From Deferribacterales bacterium (lineage in GTDB: Bacteria; Chrysiogenota; Deferribacteres; Deferribacterales; Geovibrionaceae): a stretch of DNA of 64,000 bases. The notes under the pieces were generated by a model. The model did not search any database. It was not told the origin of the DNA and saw nothing but the letters and a program-made list of their open reading frames with translations. The stretch covers positions 96,001 to 160,000 of the forward strand of contig JBFWJS010000006.1 in assembly GCA_050253075.1 (NCBI GenBank), written 5' to 3'. The position numbers and the translations under genes were made by a program. Position 1 is the first letter of the stretch, and the number at the start of each line of letters is the position of its first letter. This document shows positions 42,954 to 51,858 of the stretch, piece after piece.

Positions 42954-43652
42954 TTATTCGATTATATTCTTAGCCAGAGCGATGGCAACTGCGTGCTGTC
43001 TGTTCGTAGCGTGCAGTTTATACTTTATATTCTTGATGTGGAAGTTGATGGTGTTTTCGGTGATGCCGAGTATCTTTGCTATCTCCCATGATGTTTTCCC
43101 GTATTTCAGCCATGTGAGAACGCTTATCTCCCTGTCGCTGAGTCTGCCTGTGTCCTGCTGTCCTGCGGAAACGCTCATTATACGTACATAAGCACCGAGC
43201 AAATGGGCATGCAGATAGCATGATATCTCATTAAATACCCTGTAGCTCTCCTCATCGTTAATGATGAAGAAAAGGATATTTGCGATCTTTGTCTCTTTAT
43301 TCAGCTTATTCAGTATGCAGATATAAGAACCGTATGAAGCCGAGGCATTATTTTCTTTCACTTTTGAGAAAACATCATCGGCAAACAGCGGCATTTCAGA
43401 AGTGACGATGACTTCCTCACCTGCCAGTATTCTGTGTAATACATTGTCCTGATTATAGTTTTCGAGAGATACGGTATAGTTGTTTATGGTGTTCGCATCA
43501 GGAAGGTCTGTAAAAATGAGTTTATGCGTACATGTCTTATGGAACTGAACCTCTGTTAGAGATACAGATGTGAATCCGAGCATTTCTTTTGAGCTGATCA
43601 GCATTTCGGAAAATGCAGACAGTGACTTTACATTTACGATAGAAGTCACCAA
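42954..43652 (-). CDS. LuxR-family regulator (QS-type HTH, degenerate ligand domain); start uncertain
   Basis: LSDREISVLTWLKYGKTSWEIAKILGITENTINFHIKNIKYKL..NRQHAVA. Confidence 0.88.
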   Translation of the reverse strand: MVTSIVNVKSLSAFSEMLISSKEMLGFTSVSLTEVQFHKTCTHKLIFTDLPDANTINNYTVSLENYNQDNVLHRILAGEEVIVTSEMPLFADDVFSKVKENNASASYGSYICILNKLNKETKIANILFFIINDEESYRVFNEISCYLHAHLLGAYVRIMSVSAGQQDTGRLSDREISVLTWLKYGKTSWEIAKILGITENTINFHIKNIKYKLHATNRQHAVAIALAKNIIE

Positions 43653-43736
43653 GTCTAATACAGCTTTATATACGACGCTTTTAAATCATTCATAAGAACC
43701 ACTTTGACTTATTTGTTATATGATTAATCATAACAC

Positions 43737-43860
43737 AAAAAAAAAATGCCGCCAGATGCAAAGCCCGGAAAATGTTGCGATCTGACGGCCAATGCGGGAT
43801 ACGGTAGTTTTAGGTCTACCGTATTCTTTGTATTGTTAGTATCCTTTTTATTTATTAAAG
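43737..43860 (-). ncRNA. Candidate structured RNA or attenuator (two hairpins, U-run)
   Basis: Hairpins 43799-43824 and 43748-43789, then T10 on minus strand; GC-rich island in AT-rich intergenic DNA. Confidence 0.3.
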
Positions 43861-43894
43861 ATATTATTAATTACATACATTTATAAAATAATTA

Positions 43895-43914
43895 AACTAC
43901 TAAAAGTGGTAGTG
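43895..43914. promoter_or_regulatory. lux-box-like palindrome
   Basis: AACTACTAAAAGTGGTAGTG fits NNCT-N12-AGNN. Confidence 0.4.
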
Positions 43915-44086
43915 TTCGAGCAGTTAAAATTATTTACCTTTCATGTACGGACAAGAGCTGCATGAGCACTTGAAATTATCGTCACCCGATGTTGTCTTTA
44001 TAAAATTTACCAGCTTAAAAGTGCTGTAAACTGCGGCCCACAAAACGAGGGCCGCCACAATGATATTACTTAACAATTTATCCTCC

Positions 44087-46276
44087 TCAAGAAATGATCT
44101 GATAGACCACTATTGAAGCAAGAAAAGCTATACCGGTATACCCCAAAACGGTAAACCCTGCCCATCTCCATGAGCCTGTCTCTTTCGCAATAGCGACAAC
44201 AGTCACGAAACATGGTGAGTATAATAATATAAATGTAAGCAATGCGAACGCATTTGCAAGTGTCCAGCCGGATTTAGTGACCAGACTCTCAGCCAGAGGA
44301 GCAGAATCCTCTATGTCGACCTCGCCCATTGAGTATGCTGTACCCAGTGCGGAGACAACAACCTCTTTGGCTGCGATACCGCCAACAAGGGCGATGTTAG
44401 TCTTCCAGTCGAAACCTGCGTATTTACTTACACTTTCTATTGATCTGCCTATGCGCCCTGCGAAAGAATCTTTAAGGGCAGTGGCAGCGATTTCACTGTC
44501 GATCTCTGTAAGTTTGTCACGAAGCTCCTGCGCCTCAACAGATACGGCTTCTTCGTCACTCTTAGCTTCAAAAACTACTTCTTTGGTGTACTGAGACTCC
44601 ACATTTGTTATCTGTGTGTCAAATACCGCCATCTCTTCTTCATTCATAGTAGGGAATGTCATAAGAACCCAGAGAAGGATAGAGATAGCAAGTATCACTG
44701 TACCCGCTTTTCTAACGTACATCCAGCATCTCTCCCAAGCATGTATGGTGAGACCCTTCAGCGTAGGCATTCTATAAGGAGGGAGCTCCATAACGAATGC
44801 AGACGACTTTTCCTTCAGTACGAAGAAACCGAGGATACGTGCAACGCTCAGTGCGATAAGCCAGCTGAGGAGCGTGATACCGAGCATGATAGTACTTTCG
44901 TGTTTGTCAAAGAATGCAGCGATTATAAGCGCATATATGGGCAGCTTCGCACCACAAGGCATGAAAGGAGCCGTAAGGATTGTTATCAGCCTCTCCTTCT
45001 CGCCTTTGATAGTACGTGCAGCCATAACGCCGGGAACAGCACAACCGCCTGCGATACCGCCTGAAACGATATAAGCAACAACGGAGTTACCCTGAAGCCC
45101 GAACATTCTGAAAACTCTGTCCAGCATATAAGCTGTTCTAGCCATGTAGCCCGAATCCTCCATAAGGGCGATAGCGAAGAACATGAAAAGGATCAGCGGA
45201 GCAAAACCAAGAACCCCACCGACACCGTCGATAATACCTGATATTAAAAGAGACTTTAAAAGACCATCGCGAAGTCCTGAGTCTATGATGCCTGAAAGCC
45301 AGCCGAAGCCTGTCTCAAGCCAACCCACAGGGTATTCACTCGCCCAGAAAGTAAATTCGTAGATACCGTAAAGAAAAGCAAGCATAAGTAGAGGTCCGAG
45401 GAGCCTGTGTGTGAGGACCATGTCGATCTTATCACTCCAGTAGAGCCTGTCGAGACCTGATTCTTCGCAAAACATAACACCTTTGAGGATAGAGTTGATG
45501 TATCCGTATCTGTAGTCTGCTATGAGGTTTTCCGCTGTGATCTTGAGAGTGGATTTCAGGTGGCTGTTAAGAGCGTCTGACATCTCGAGGAGCTTCTTAT
45601 GGATGTCCATATGCAGAGCACCCTGAGCGTGTACCTGTTCGTCATTTTCAAGATATTTAAGGGCTACCCATCTGGCAGGGTATTTATCTGTCAGAAAGCC
45701 TGATTCTTCGATGATAGGTGTCATCTCGTCGAGACAAGTATCTATATCCTGACCGTATGATATTTTAAATTTCGGCTGAGGTTTGCCGTCTGCGATGTAT
45801 TTTGAAACAGCATCGAGAAGACCCTCGGTACCTTTGTTTTCTCTGGCGACAGTCTCGATAACCGGTACGCCGAGCTTCTCAGCGAGAAGTTTAACATCTA
45901 TGGTGATGTTACGTTTTTTAGCAACGTCCATCATGTTCAGAGCCATCACGGCAGGAACCTGAAGCTCCATGAACTGAACAAACATATAAAGGTTTCTTTC
46001 AAGGTTTGATGCGTCGATAACGTCTATGACAACGTCGGGCTTTTCGCCTACGACATAGTCTCTCGCAACGACTTCCTCAAGGGAATAAGGGCTAAGGCTG
46101 TATGTACCGGGAAGGTCGACAACATTGAACTGCTCGTTCTTATGTGTGACACGCGCTTCCTTCTTTTCAACAGTAACACCGGGGTAATTCGCCACGTGGT
46201 AATTAGCACCTGTGATATTATTGAAAAGGGATGTTTTACCGCAATTGGGGTTTCCTGCTATTGCTATAGTCTTCAT
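44087..46276 (-). CDS. feoB: Ferrous iron transporter B
   Basis: GNPNCGKT, NYPGVTVE, DLPGTYS, PFMPCGAKLP, ELPPYR; start at ATG 46276. Confidence 0.97.
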   Translation of the reverse strand: MKTIAIAGNPNCGKTSLFNNITGANYHVANYPGVTVEKKEARVTHKNEQFNVVDLPGTYSLSPYSLEEVVARDYVVGEKPDVVIDVIDASNLERNLYMFVQFMELQVPAVMALNMMDVAKKRNITIDVKLLAEKLGVPVIETVARENKGTEGLLDAVSKYIADGKPQPKFKISYGQDIDTCLDEMTPIIEESGFLTDKYPARWVALKYLENDEQVHAQGALHMDIHKKLLEMSDALNSHLKSTLKITAENLIADYRYGYINSILKGVMFCEESGLDRLYWSDKIDMVLTHRLLGPLLMLAFLYGIYEFTFWASEYPVGWLETGFGWLSGIIDSGLRDGLLKSLLISGIIDGVGGVLGFAPLILFMFFAIALMEDSGYMARTAYMLDRVFRMFGLQGNSVVAYIVSGGIAGGCAVPGVMAARTIKGEKERLITILTAPFMPCGAKLPIYALIIAAFFDKHESTIMLGITLLSWLIALSVARILGFFVLKEKSSAFVMELPPYRMPTLKGLTIHAWERCWMYVRKAGTVILAISILLWVLMTFPTMNEEEMAVFDTQITNVESQYTKEVVFEAKSDEEAVSVEAQELRDKLTEIDSEIAATALKDSFAGRIGRSIESVSKYAGFDWKTNIALVGGIAAKEVVVSALGTAYSMGEVDIEDSAPLAESLVTKSGWTLANAFALLTFILLYSPCFVTVVAIAKETGSWRWAGFTVLGYTGIAFLASIVVYQIIS

Positions 46277-46277
46277 A

Positions 46278-46511
46278 TCAGTCCTCCACTTCAACAGTTA
46301 TAAAGTCGGCTTCGTTGTTACGAAGGCTGATAGTAAAACCCCTTATTTTCAAAGCAACCGGGTCTTTCAGAGGGGCACGTCCGACGACCTTTACCTCTGC
46401 ACCAGGAGTAAGCCCCATGTCATTGATGCGCTGGCGCAGTTCACCCTCGCATTGGACACTTATTATGCGGCCCTTCTGGTTCTTTTTCATATTTCTCATG
46501 GATACTTCCAT
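46278..46511 (-). CDS. feoA: Ferrous iron transport protein A
   Basis: R..DMGLTPG, APLKDP, SLR..EA; start at ATG 46511. Confidence 0.95.
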   Translation of the reverse strand: MEVSMRNMKKNQKGRIISVQCEGELRQRINDMGLTPGAEVKVVGRAPLKDPVALKIRGFTISLRNNEADFITVEVED

Positions 46512-46623
46512 TGCACTCTCCAAAGATTAACATAATAGTAAAATTAAAATCTTCCAGTCAAATGAAATTGTTACAATTTCAAAATAAAATACTCATCATC
46601 ATTATATGTGCGCGCTTCATTAA

Positions 46624-46694
46624 TGATAACGATTTTCAATATCGTTACTTTATTTAAGAAGTGATGTCAATAAGAAAAATGAGAATTAATCTCA
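46624..46694. promoter_or_regulatory. Two Fur-box-like 7-1-7 sites upstream of feoAB
   Basis: TGATAAC-G-ATTTTCA (46624) and TGAGAAT-T-AATCTCA (46680). Confidence 0.7.
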
Positions 46695-46864
46695 ATAATG
46701 TTCTATTTGCGGATTTATCCATGTTTTAAATGCTTTATTATTAGAATGTTATAGAATCCTGAATTTTCACAAACAAATACACATACATATATAATTATAC
46801 AGCACATTTTTTGTAATGGTTAAGAGGCATTCTCAATAAGAGCCGCTTATTGAGAAAATCAGAC

Positions 46865-46896
46865 AAAAAAAAGCGGACCTTAAAAAGATCCGCTTT
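46865..46896 (-). terminator. Intrinsic terminator of trxA-zinc ribbon unit
   Basis: A8-GCGGACCTT-loop-AAGATCCGCTTT. Confidence 0.75.
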
Positions 46897-46938
46897 CGTA
46901 TTCTTATTGCACCAACCTGATACAAGAGCCTAAGGCGC

Positions 46939-47133
46939 TCAGCTGAAACCGCTGCCGCACCCTCCTCCGAAAGAACCTCCGGATGAGGCCCCCGAAGAAG
47001 AGCTGATGGTGGATATGAGCTTTTCGCAATCCTCGCTCTTACAGCTTGGGCATTCTATTTTTGTATCCTGACTGAAAACAAGCTTTGAGAACTGGTTATT
47101 ACACTTCTTACACTTGTATTCATAAATAGGCAT
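46939..47133 (-). CDS. FmdB-family zinc ribbon protein
   Basis: MPIYEYKCKKC...CPSC. Confidence 0.9.
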   Translation of the reverse strand: MPIYEYKCKKCNNQFSKLVFSQDTKIECPSCKSEDCEKLISTISSSSGASSGGSFGGGCGSGFS

Positions 47134-47144
47134 AAAAGAGCCTC

Positions 47145-47462
47145 TTAGATGTGTTTTTTAAGAGCGTCTTCGTAAACACCTTTTGGCTGTACGCCGATGA
47201 ACTGCTCTACTACTTTACCTTCGTTGAAGATCATAACAGTAGGGATGCTCATGATGCCGTACTTAGCCGCAAGCTGCTGGTTTTCATCTACGTTAACCTT
47301 AGCTACTTTCACTTTGCCTTCGTATTCTGAAGCAAGGGACTCGATAGTAGGTGTAAGCATTCTGCAAGGTCCACACCAAACTGCCCAGAAGTCCACGAGA
47401 ACAGGTACGCCCGCCTCAATTACTTCAGTCTGAAAACTAGCTTCGTTAAGTTCTGCTGCCAT
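47145..47462 (-). CDS. trxA: Thioredoxin
   Basis: DFWAVWCGPC, SIPT; start at ATG 47462 after GAGGAGG. Confidence 0.96.
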   Translation of the reverse strand: MAAELNEASFQTEVIEAGVPVLVDFWAVWCGPCRMLTPTIESLASEYEGKVKVAKVNVDENQQLAAKYGIMSIPTVMIFNEGKVVEQFIGVQPKGVYEDALKKHI

Positions 47463-47562
47463 GTGATTCCTCCTCATTTGTCAGTCATGTATATACTATA
47501 CAATTTTCATCGTTTGTCAATGTAATATGGTACATATATCGTAATATTCATATATATTTGTT

Positions 47563-48348
47563 TTATATAAAAATACAAGTCTTTTTATGAAAACAATTCG
47601 TGCATTCGTCGCATGCGCCGTACATACAGTCATTTACGATGCCTAACCGTGTAAGTGCAAAATCATATTTTGCAGGGTCTTCGGGGCATAGTTTTCTGAA
47701 AAAAGCGCTTACACTTTCCAGATTTTTCCTTGTGGCGCTGTCGGTATTTATTATCCCGTTATTTTTGGCAAAACGCAGGATATGCGTATCGATGGGCATC
47801 ATCAGCTCTGTCCGGCTGAAACTCTCCCACAGTCCGAAATCCACATCGTCCCTGCGTATCATCCAGCGGAGAAACATACGCAGACGCTTTGCGCCGGATG
47901 TCCTAGGATTAGGAAAAAGGAAGAAGAAGCCCTTCCCTGCGTCACTGCACATAGCGTTCATCACATCAAAGAAGTGGTCTATACCATCCTCCAGTGTGGG
48001 CTTCTCTCGGAAGATGTTCTCCACCGAACCGTACTCGGCATAAACACGCTTCATAAAGTGCGCATAGTAGTGCACATCGTCCACCGACTGAAAGCGGTAA
48101 TAGAGCCCGTTCGGCTCATCAGGCACCTTCAGAGGATCAGTCCCGTAATACTCGAAAAAGCTCAGCAGGAATGATTTTATAGCCTTAACATTGCCATAGG
48201 CAAAGCATGCCGCAGTCATAGCGACAAACTCTCTGTTTCCGCCGAGAGTATGGGGATAATGTATGGGGTCTGTATGGATAAAGTCTGAAATATTATATCT
48301 TTTATAAATATCTTCGAAAAAGGACTTAAAATCAGGCTGCTTAGCCAT
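47563..48348 (-). CDS. TIGR02757-family (DUF2400) protein
   Basis: DPI..PH, AYG.V..I, KRL.MFLRWM.R, P.DTH, DPAKYDFAL..LG. Confidence 0.85.
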   Translation of the reverse strand: MAKQPDFKSFFEDIYKRYNISDFIHTDPIHYPHTLGGNREFVAMTAACFAYGNVKAIKSFLLSFFEYYGTDPLKVPDEPNGLYYRFQSVDDVHYYAHFMKRVYAEYGSVENIFREKPTLEDGIDHFFDVMNAMCSDAGKGFFFLFPNPRTSGAKRLRMFLRWMIRRDDVDFGLWESFSRTELMMPIDTHILRFAKNNGIINTDSATRKNLESVSAFFRKLCPEDPAKYDFALTRLGIVNDCMYGACDECTNCFHKKTCIFI

Positions 48349-50737
48349 CCACCTTCTCCAGAAGAAACGTGTTCAGTCTCTTCATCTCAGTTTCCGAACG
48401 GCTGTAACCGAGGCTTTCGAAGTATTCATAACAGTTAAAGTTACCTGTGGTCTCAGTTTTAAAAACCACATCCTTATCACCGAGACTCACTACAAAAGCG
48501 GCGGCATTAAGCATCTTTTCAGTGCCTTTCTTATTCAGTTTTGAATAGAATGCCTCACCTTTCAGATATTTTTCTCTGAACAGCTCGAAAAGCTCAGGTT
48601 TGAATGTCATTCTGACGTATATATCAAACTTTTTCGGATGTATGGTGAACCTGCTGATGGCGCTCACTTTCACCCCCGGAGGCATGATAGCATTCACCTT
48701 TTCCAGCAGTGCCTGAGTGTCTGCAACGGGGGCGGATTCAAAGAGTATCACCTCGTTGTATCCTGCGAGCCCTGATGAAGCTGCCTGAACATAGCTCAGC
48801 TTCGGCTGCGGGTTAAACCCTTCGGAGAATTTCAGCCCGATATCTGCCAGTGTCAGAACGTGTGTAAAGAGTCTCTGTGTCTCTATAGCTGAAAGGAGGC
48901 TCATGCGCTCCACCTTGCTGAAAACAAGTGAGTAGCGTTCGAATACCTCGCCCTCTTCTGCTGTGGCGGATGTGTCTATTGTCACTGGTTCGGAGAACTC
49001 GTTCTTTATCATGTCGAAGTCGCATATACCGCACGCTGAGCAGTTCCCGTTTGTACAGTCGGGTGTAGCCGTCAGAGCTTCAGACTTCTCATATTCGCTC
49101 CAGAGGAACGCTTTTGTAACGCCGACATTGATGTTCTCCCACGGGAGTTTTTCATCCTTGCCGTATATCCTTTCGGCAAAGTCAGAGTCTTTATATCCGA
49201 ACTTCGCCAGAGCATTGTCCCATATCTCATGGTTAAAATGTTCGCTCCATGCGTCGAATCTGGCTCCGTTATTAACAGCCTCTTCGATAACATCGGCAAG
49301 CTCCACAGGCCCTCTGGAGAAAACACCCTCCAGAACGGAAGCCCTGATGCCGTGGAAAGAACAAGGTATCTTATATTTCTTCATGAGCTCTTTGAGCTCT
49401 CTTTTCTTTTCAAAGAAGTCGTCACCGCTGTTCTGACCGAACCACTGATACGGTGTGTGCGGTTTCGGCACAAAGTTAGACACGGAGACCTTAATATTAA
49501 AACGTCCCTTACGAAGCATTTTCGCCTTTCTGGCTAGCTCTGCTATTTCGAGCACATCTTCCATCGTCTCACCGGGGAGCCCCATCATGAAATAGAGCTT
49601 CGCACCGTTCCAGCCTGCATCCGATGCCTTTTCAACTGCTGCGAGGATATCTTCCTCTGTCAGACCTTTATTGATGGCGTCACGCATACGCTGAGAGCCT
49701 GCCTCGGGAGCTATGGTGAATCCGCTTTTACGAACCTTTGACAGCTCACGGAACATATATTCTTTGATTCTGTCTGCACGTATGGACGGCAGAGAGAGCG
49801 ATACTTTCTTATTGCTGGTCAGCTTCACCATTGTGATGAGCAGGTCTTCCAGCCTGCTGTAGTCCGAGGCTGAAAGGGAAAGGAGAGATGTCTCCAGATA
49901 TCCTGTATTGGATAGCTGTGTCAGGGCATCCTTTGCTATGTCGTCGATGCTCCGCTCACGGTTCGGGCGGTATATAATCCCCGCCTGACAAAAACGGCAT
50001 CCTCTGGTGCAACCTCTGGATATCTCGACGGCCACCCTGTCCTGAACGGCGGGTATAGTAGGCACTATCAGCTTCTCAATAGTGTGATCCTTTGTGAAGC
50101 CTGTGTATATGCATCTGGTCACTGCTTTATCAGCGTCCAGTTCGGGAACGTATGTGTAAGGCAGAGAGTTCAGATACTCAAGCAGCTTCCTACGGTCTGC
50201 CCCGCCCTTTTTCATCTTATGGAATTCATCCACGGCATTGGGCAGAGATTCCTCTGATTCGCCGATGAAGAATACGTCTATGAACGGTGCGACAGGCATA
50301 GGGTTCACGACGCAAGGTCCCCCTGCGAAGACTATAGGGTCTTCCTCAGTCCTGTCCTTTGACCTCATAGGCACGTCAGACATCTTCAGCGTCAGCAGCA
50401 TGTTTGTATAAGACAGCTCATACTGGAGGCTGAAGCCGAGTATGTCGAAATCTTTCAGGTTTGTAGATGATTCGAGCCCTACGAACATCTCAGAGCCGAA
50501 CTGATCTATGGCATCCACCCACGGGGTGAAGAAACGCTCACAGACGATGTTCTCACGTCTGTTCAGTCTTTCGTACAGCATCTTAAAGCCTATATGGCTG
50601 ATGCCCACTTCATAGATATCGGGGAAGATGAGGCAGAAAGATGTCCTGCCTTCGTGGTCTTTGTGGAAAGAGTTTATCTCTCCGTTTATGTATCTGGCAG
50701 GTTTATTAACCTCCAGAAGTCTTTTATAATCTTTCAT
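48341..50737 (-). CDS. TIGR03960-type radical SAM fused to C-terminal DUF2344 (TIGR03936-like) domain
   Basis: KPARY..GE, FPDIYEVG.SH.G, RGCTRGCRFCQAG, APEAGSQR; C-terminal FSK..GFNPQPKLS. Confidence 0.88.
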   Translation of the reverse strand: MKDYKRLLEVNKPARYINGEINSFHKDHEGRTSFCLIFPDIYEVGISHIGFKMLYERLNRRENIVCERFFTPWVDAIDQFGSEMFVGLESSTNLKDFDILGFSLQYELSYTNMLLTLKMSDVPMRSKDRTEEDPIVFAGGPCVVNPMPVAPFIDVFFIGESEESLPNAVDEFHKMKKGGADRRKLLEYLNSLPYTYVPELDADKAVTRCIYTGFTKDHTIEKLIVPTIPAVQDRVAVEISRGCTRGCRFCQAGIIYRPNRERSIDDIAKDALTQLSNTGYLETSLLSLSASDYSRLEDLLITMVKLTSNKKVSLSLPSIRADRIKEYMFRELSKVRKSGFTIAPEAGSQRMRDAINKGLTEEDILAAVEKASDAGWNGAKLYFMMGLPGETMEDVLEIAELARKAKMLRKGRFNIKVSVSNFVPKPHTPYQWFGQNSGDDFFEKKRELKELMKKYKIPCSFHGIRASVLEGVFSRGPVELADVIEEAVNNGARFDAWSEHFNHEIWDNALAKFGYKDSDFAERIYGKDEKLPWENINVGVTKAFLWSEYEKSEALTATPDCTNGNCSACGICDFDMIKNEFSEPVTIDTSATAEEGEVFERYSLVFSKVERMSLLSAIETQRLFTHVLTLADIGLKFSEGFNPQPKLSYVQAASSGLAGYNEVILFESAPVADTQALLEKVNAIMPPGVKVSAISRFTIHPKKFDIYVRMTFKPELFELFREKYLKGEAFYSKLNKKGTEKMLNAAAFVVSLGDKDVVFKTETTGNFNCYEYFESLGYSRSETEMKRLNTFLLEKVDG

Positions 50738-51858
50738 TAAACATCACCGGGATCATCAAATCTCCTCATAGCAACACCGTTCACCAGCCCCAGCATAGAC
50801 ATGAATGTCAGCAGGGACGAACCGCCGTAACTAACAAGCGGCATAGGGATACCAACCACAGGCATCATGCCCGCTGTCATAGCCAGATTCACATAAAACT
50901 GGAAGAATATGAATCCGCTGACACCGAAACAGATAAGCTTTCCGGCGGGTTCCTTGGCGTTCAGCGAGATGAGCATTATACGCAATAACATGATCATGAA
51001 AAGAGAAATTATTACTAGCGACCCCACAAGACCGAATTCCTCAGCGATAACAGAGAAGATAAAGTCCGTGTGTCTCTCGGGGATAAACTTAAGGTGAGAC
51101 TGAGTACCTTTCAGAAAGCCCTTCCCCGTAAGCCCTCCCGAGCCTATGGCGATCTTCGACTGGATAACGTGATACCCCGATCCGAAAGGATCTTTCTCAG
51201 GGTTCATGAATGTTATAACACGCTTTTTCTGATAAGGTTTCATCTGTGACCAGAGAACGGGTGCAGCAAATATAAGGCTCGCTATGATCAGCATCAGCGT
51301 CATGCGCTTTATACCTATCACAAGGAGCAGCATCCCCCATATAACGAGGAATGTACCCGCCGTACCCAGGTCGGGCTGTAAAAAGACAAGGGCGAAAGGA
51401 GGCACGGCCCAGATGAATTTCTTCAAAATGCCGAGCAGTCCATACTTTTCACGTCCTATCTCTATGTATAAACGGGCGAGGAATATTACCCATATGAATT
51501 TGAATATCTCCGAAGGCTGTACACGGAATCCGCCTATGGCTATCCACCTTCTGGCTCCCATACCCACATGCCCCAGTATAAGCACCGCCAGCAAGATCAA
51601 TATCCCCACGATGTAAAATACGTAGGCATACTTCACCAGCTTCTTATGCCCTATGGAGCTGAAAGCAAAGAAGAGTATATAGCCTATGACCAGCCAGTAC
51701 ATCTGCTTCACATAGTATGTCTTCACAGAGTCGTTAACTGGGTCATAGCCCGCACTGTATATAGCGACAACGCCAATGACCGTTATTAACAGCATTGTGA
51801 TGAAAAGCGCAAAATCAAAGTTTTCTAAATGCTTCCTATCAAGGTTGACGCCAAACAT
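50737..51858 (-). CDS. rodA: Rod shape-determining SEDS protein
   Basis: GARRW, QPSE, QPDLGT, HTDFIFS, P.VSYGGSS. Confidence 0.96.
   Translation of the reverse strand: MFGVNLDRKHLENFDFALFITMLLITVIGVVAIYSAGYDPVNDSVKTYYVKQMYWLVIGYILFFAFSSIGHKKLVKYAYVFYIVGILILLAVLILGHVGMGARRWIAIGGFRVQPSEIFKFIWVIFLARLYIEIGREKYGLLGILKKFIWAVPPFALVFLQPDLGTAGTFLVIWGMLLLVIGIKRMTLMLIIASLIFAAPVLWSQMKPYQKKRVITFMNPEKDPFGSGYHVIQSKIAIGSGGLTGKGFLKGTQSHLKFIPERHTDFIFSVIAEEFGLVGSLVIISLFMIMLLRIMLISLNAKEPAGKLICFGVSGFIFFQFYVNLAMTAGMMPVVGIPMPLVSYGGSSLLTFMSMLGLVNGVAMRRFDDPGDV

Noticed and set aside
43755..43790. c-di-GMP-I riboswitch (GCAAAGCC match)
   Set aside because: The upstream GGCAAAC/GNRA stem is missing and there is no plus-strand gene downstream.
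43746..43886. 46-codon plus-strand ORF MPPDAKPGKCC...
   Set aside because: No RBS, overlaps the hairpins, no recognisable motif.
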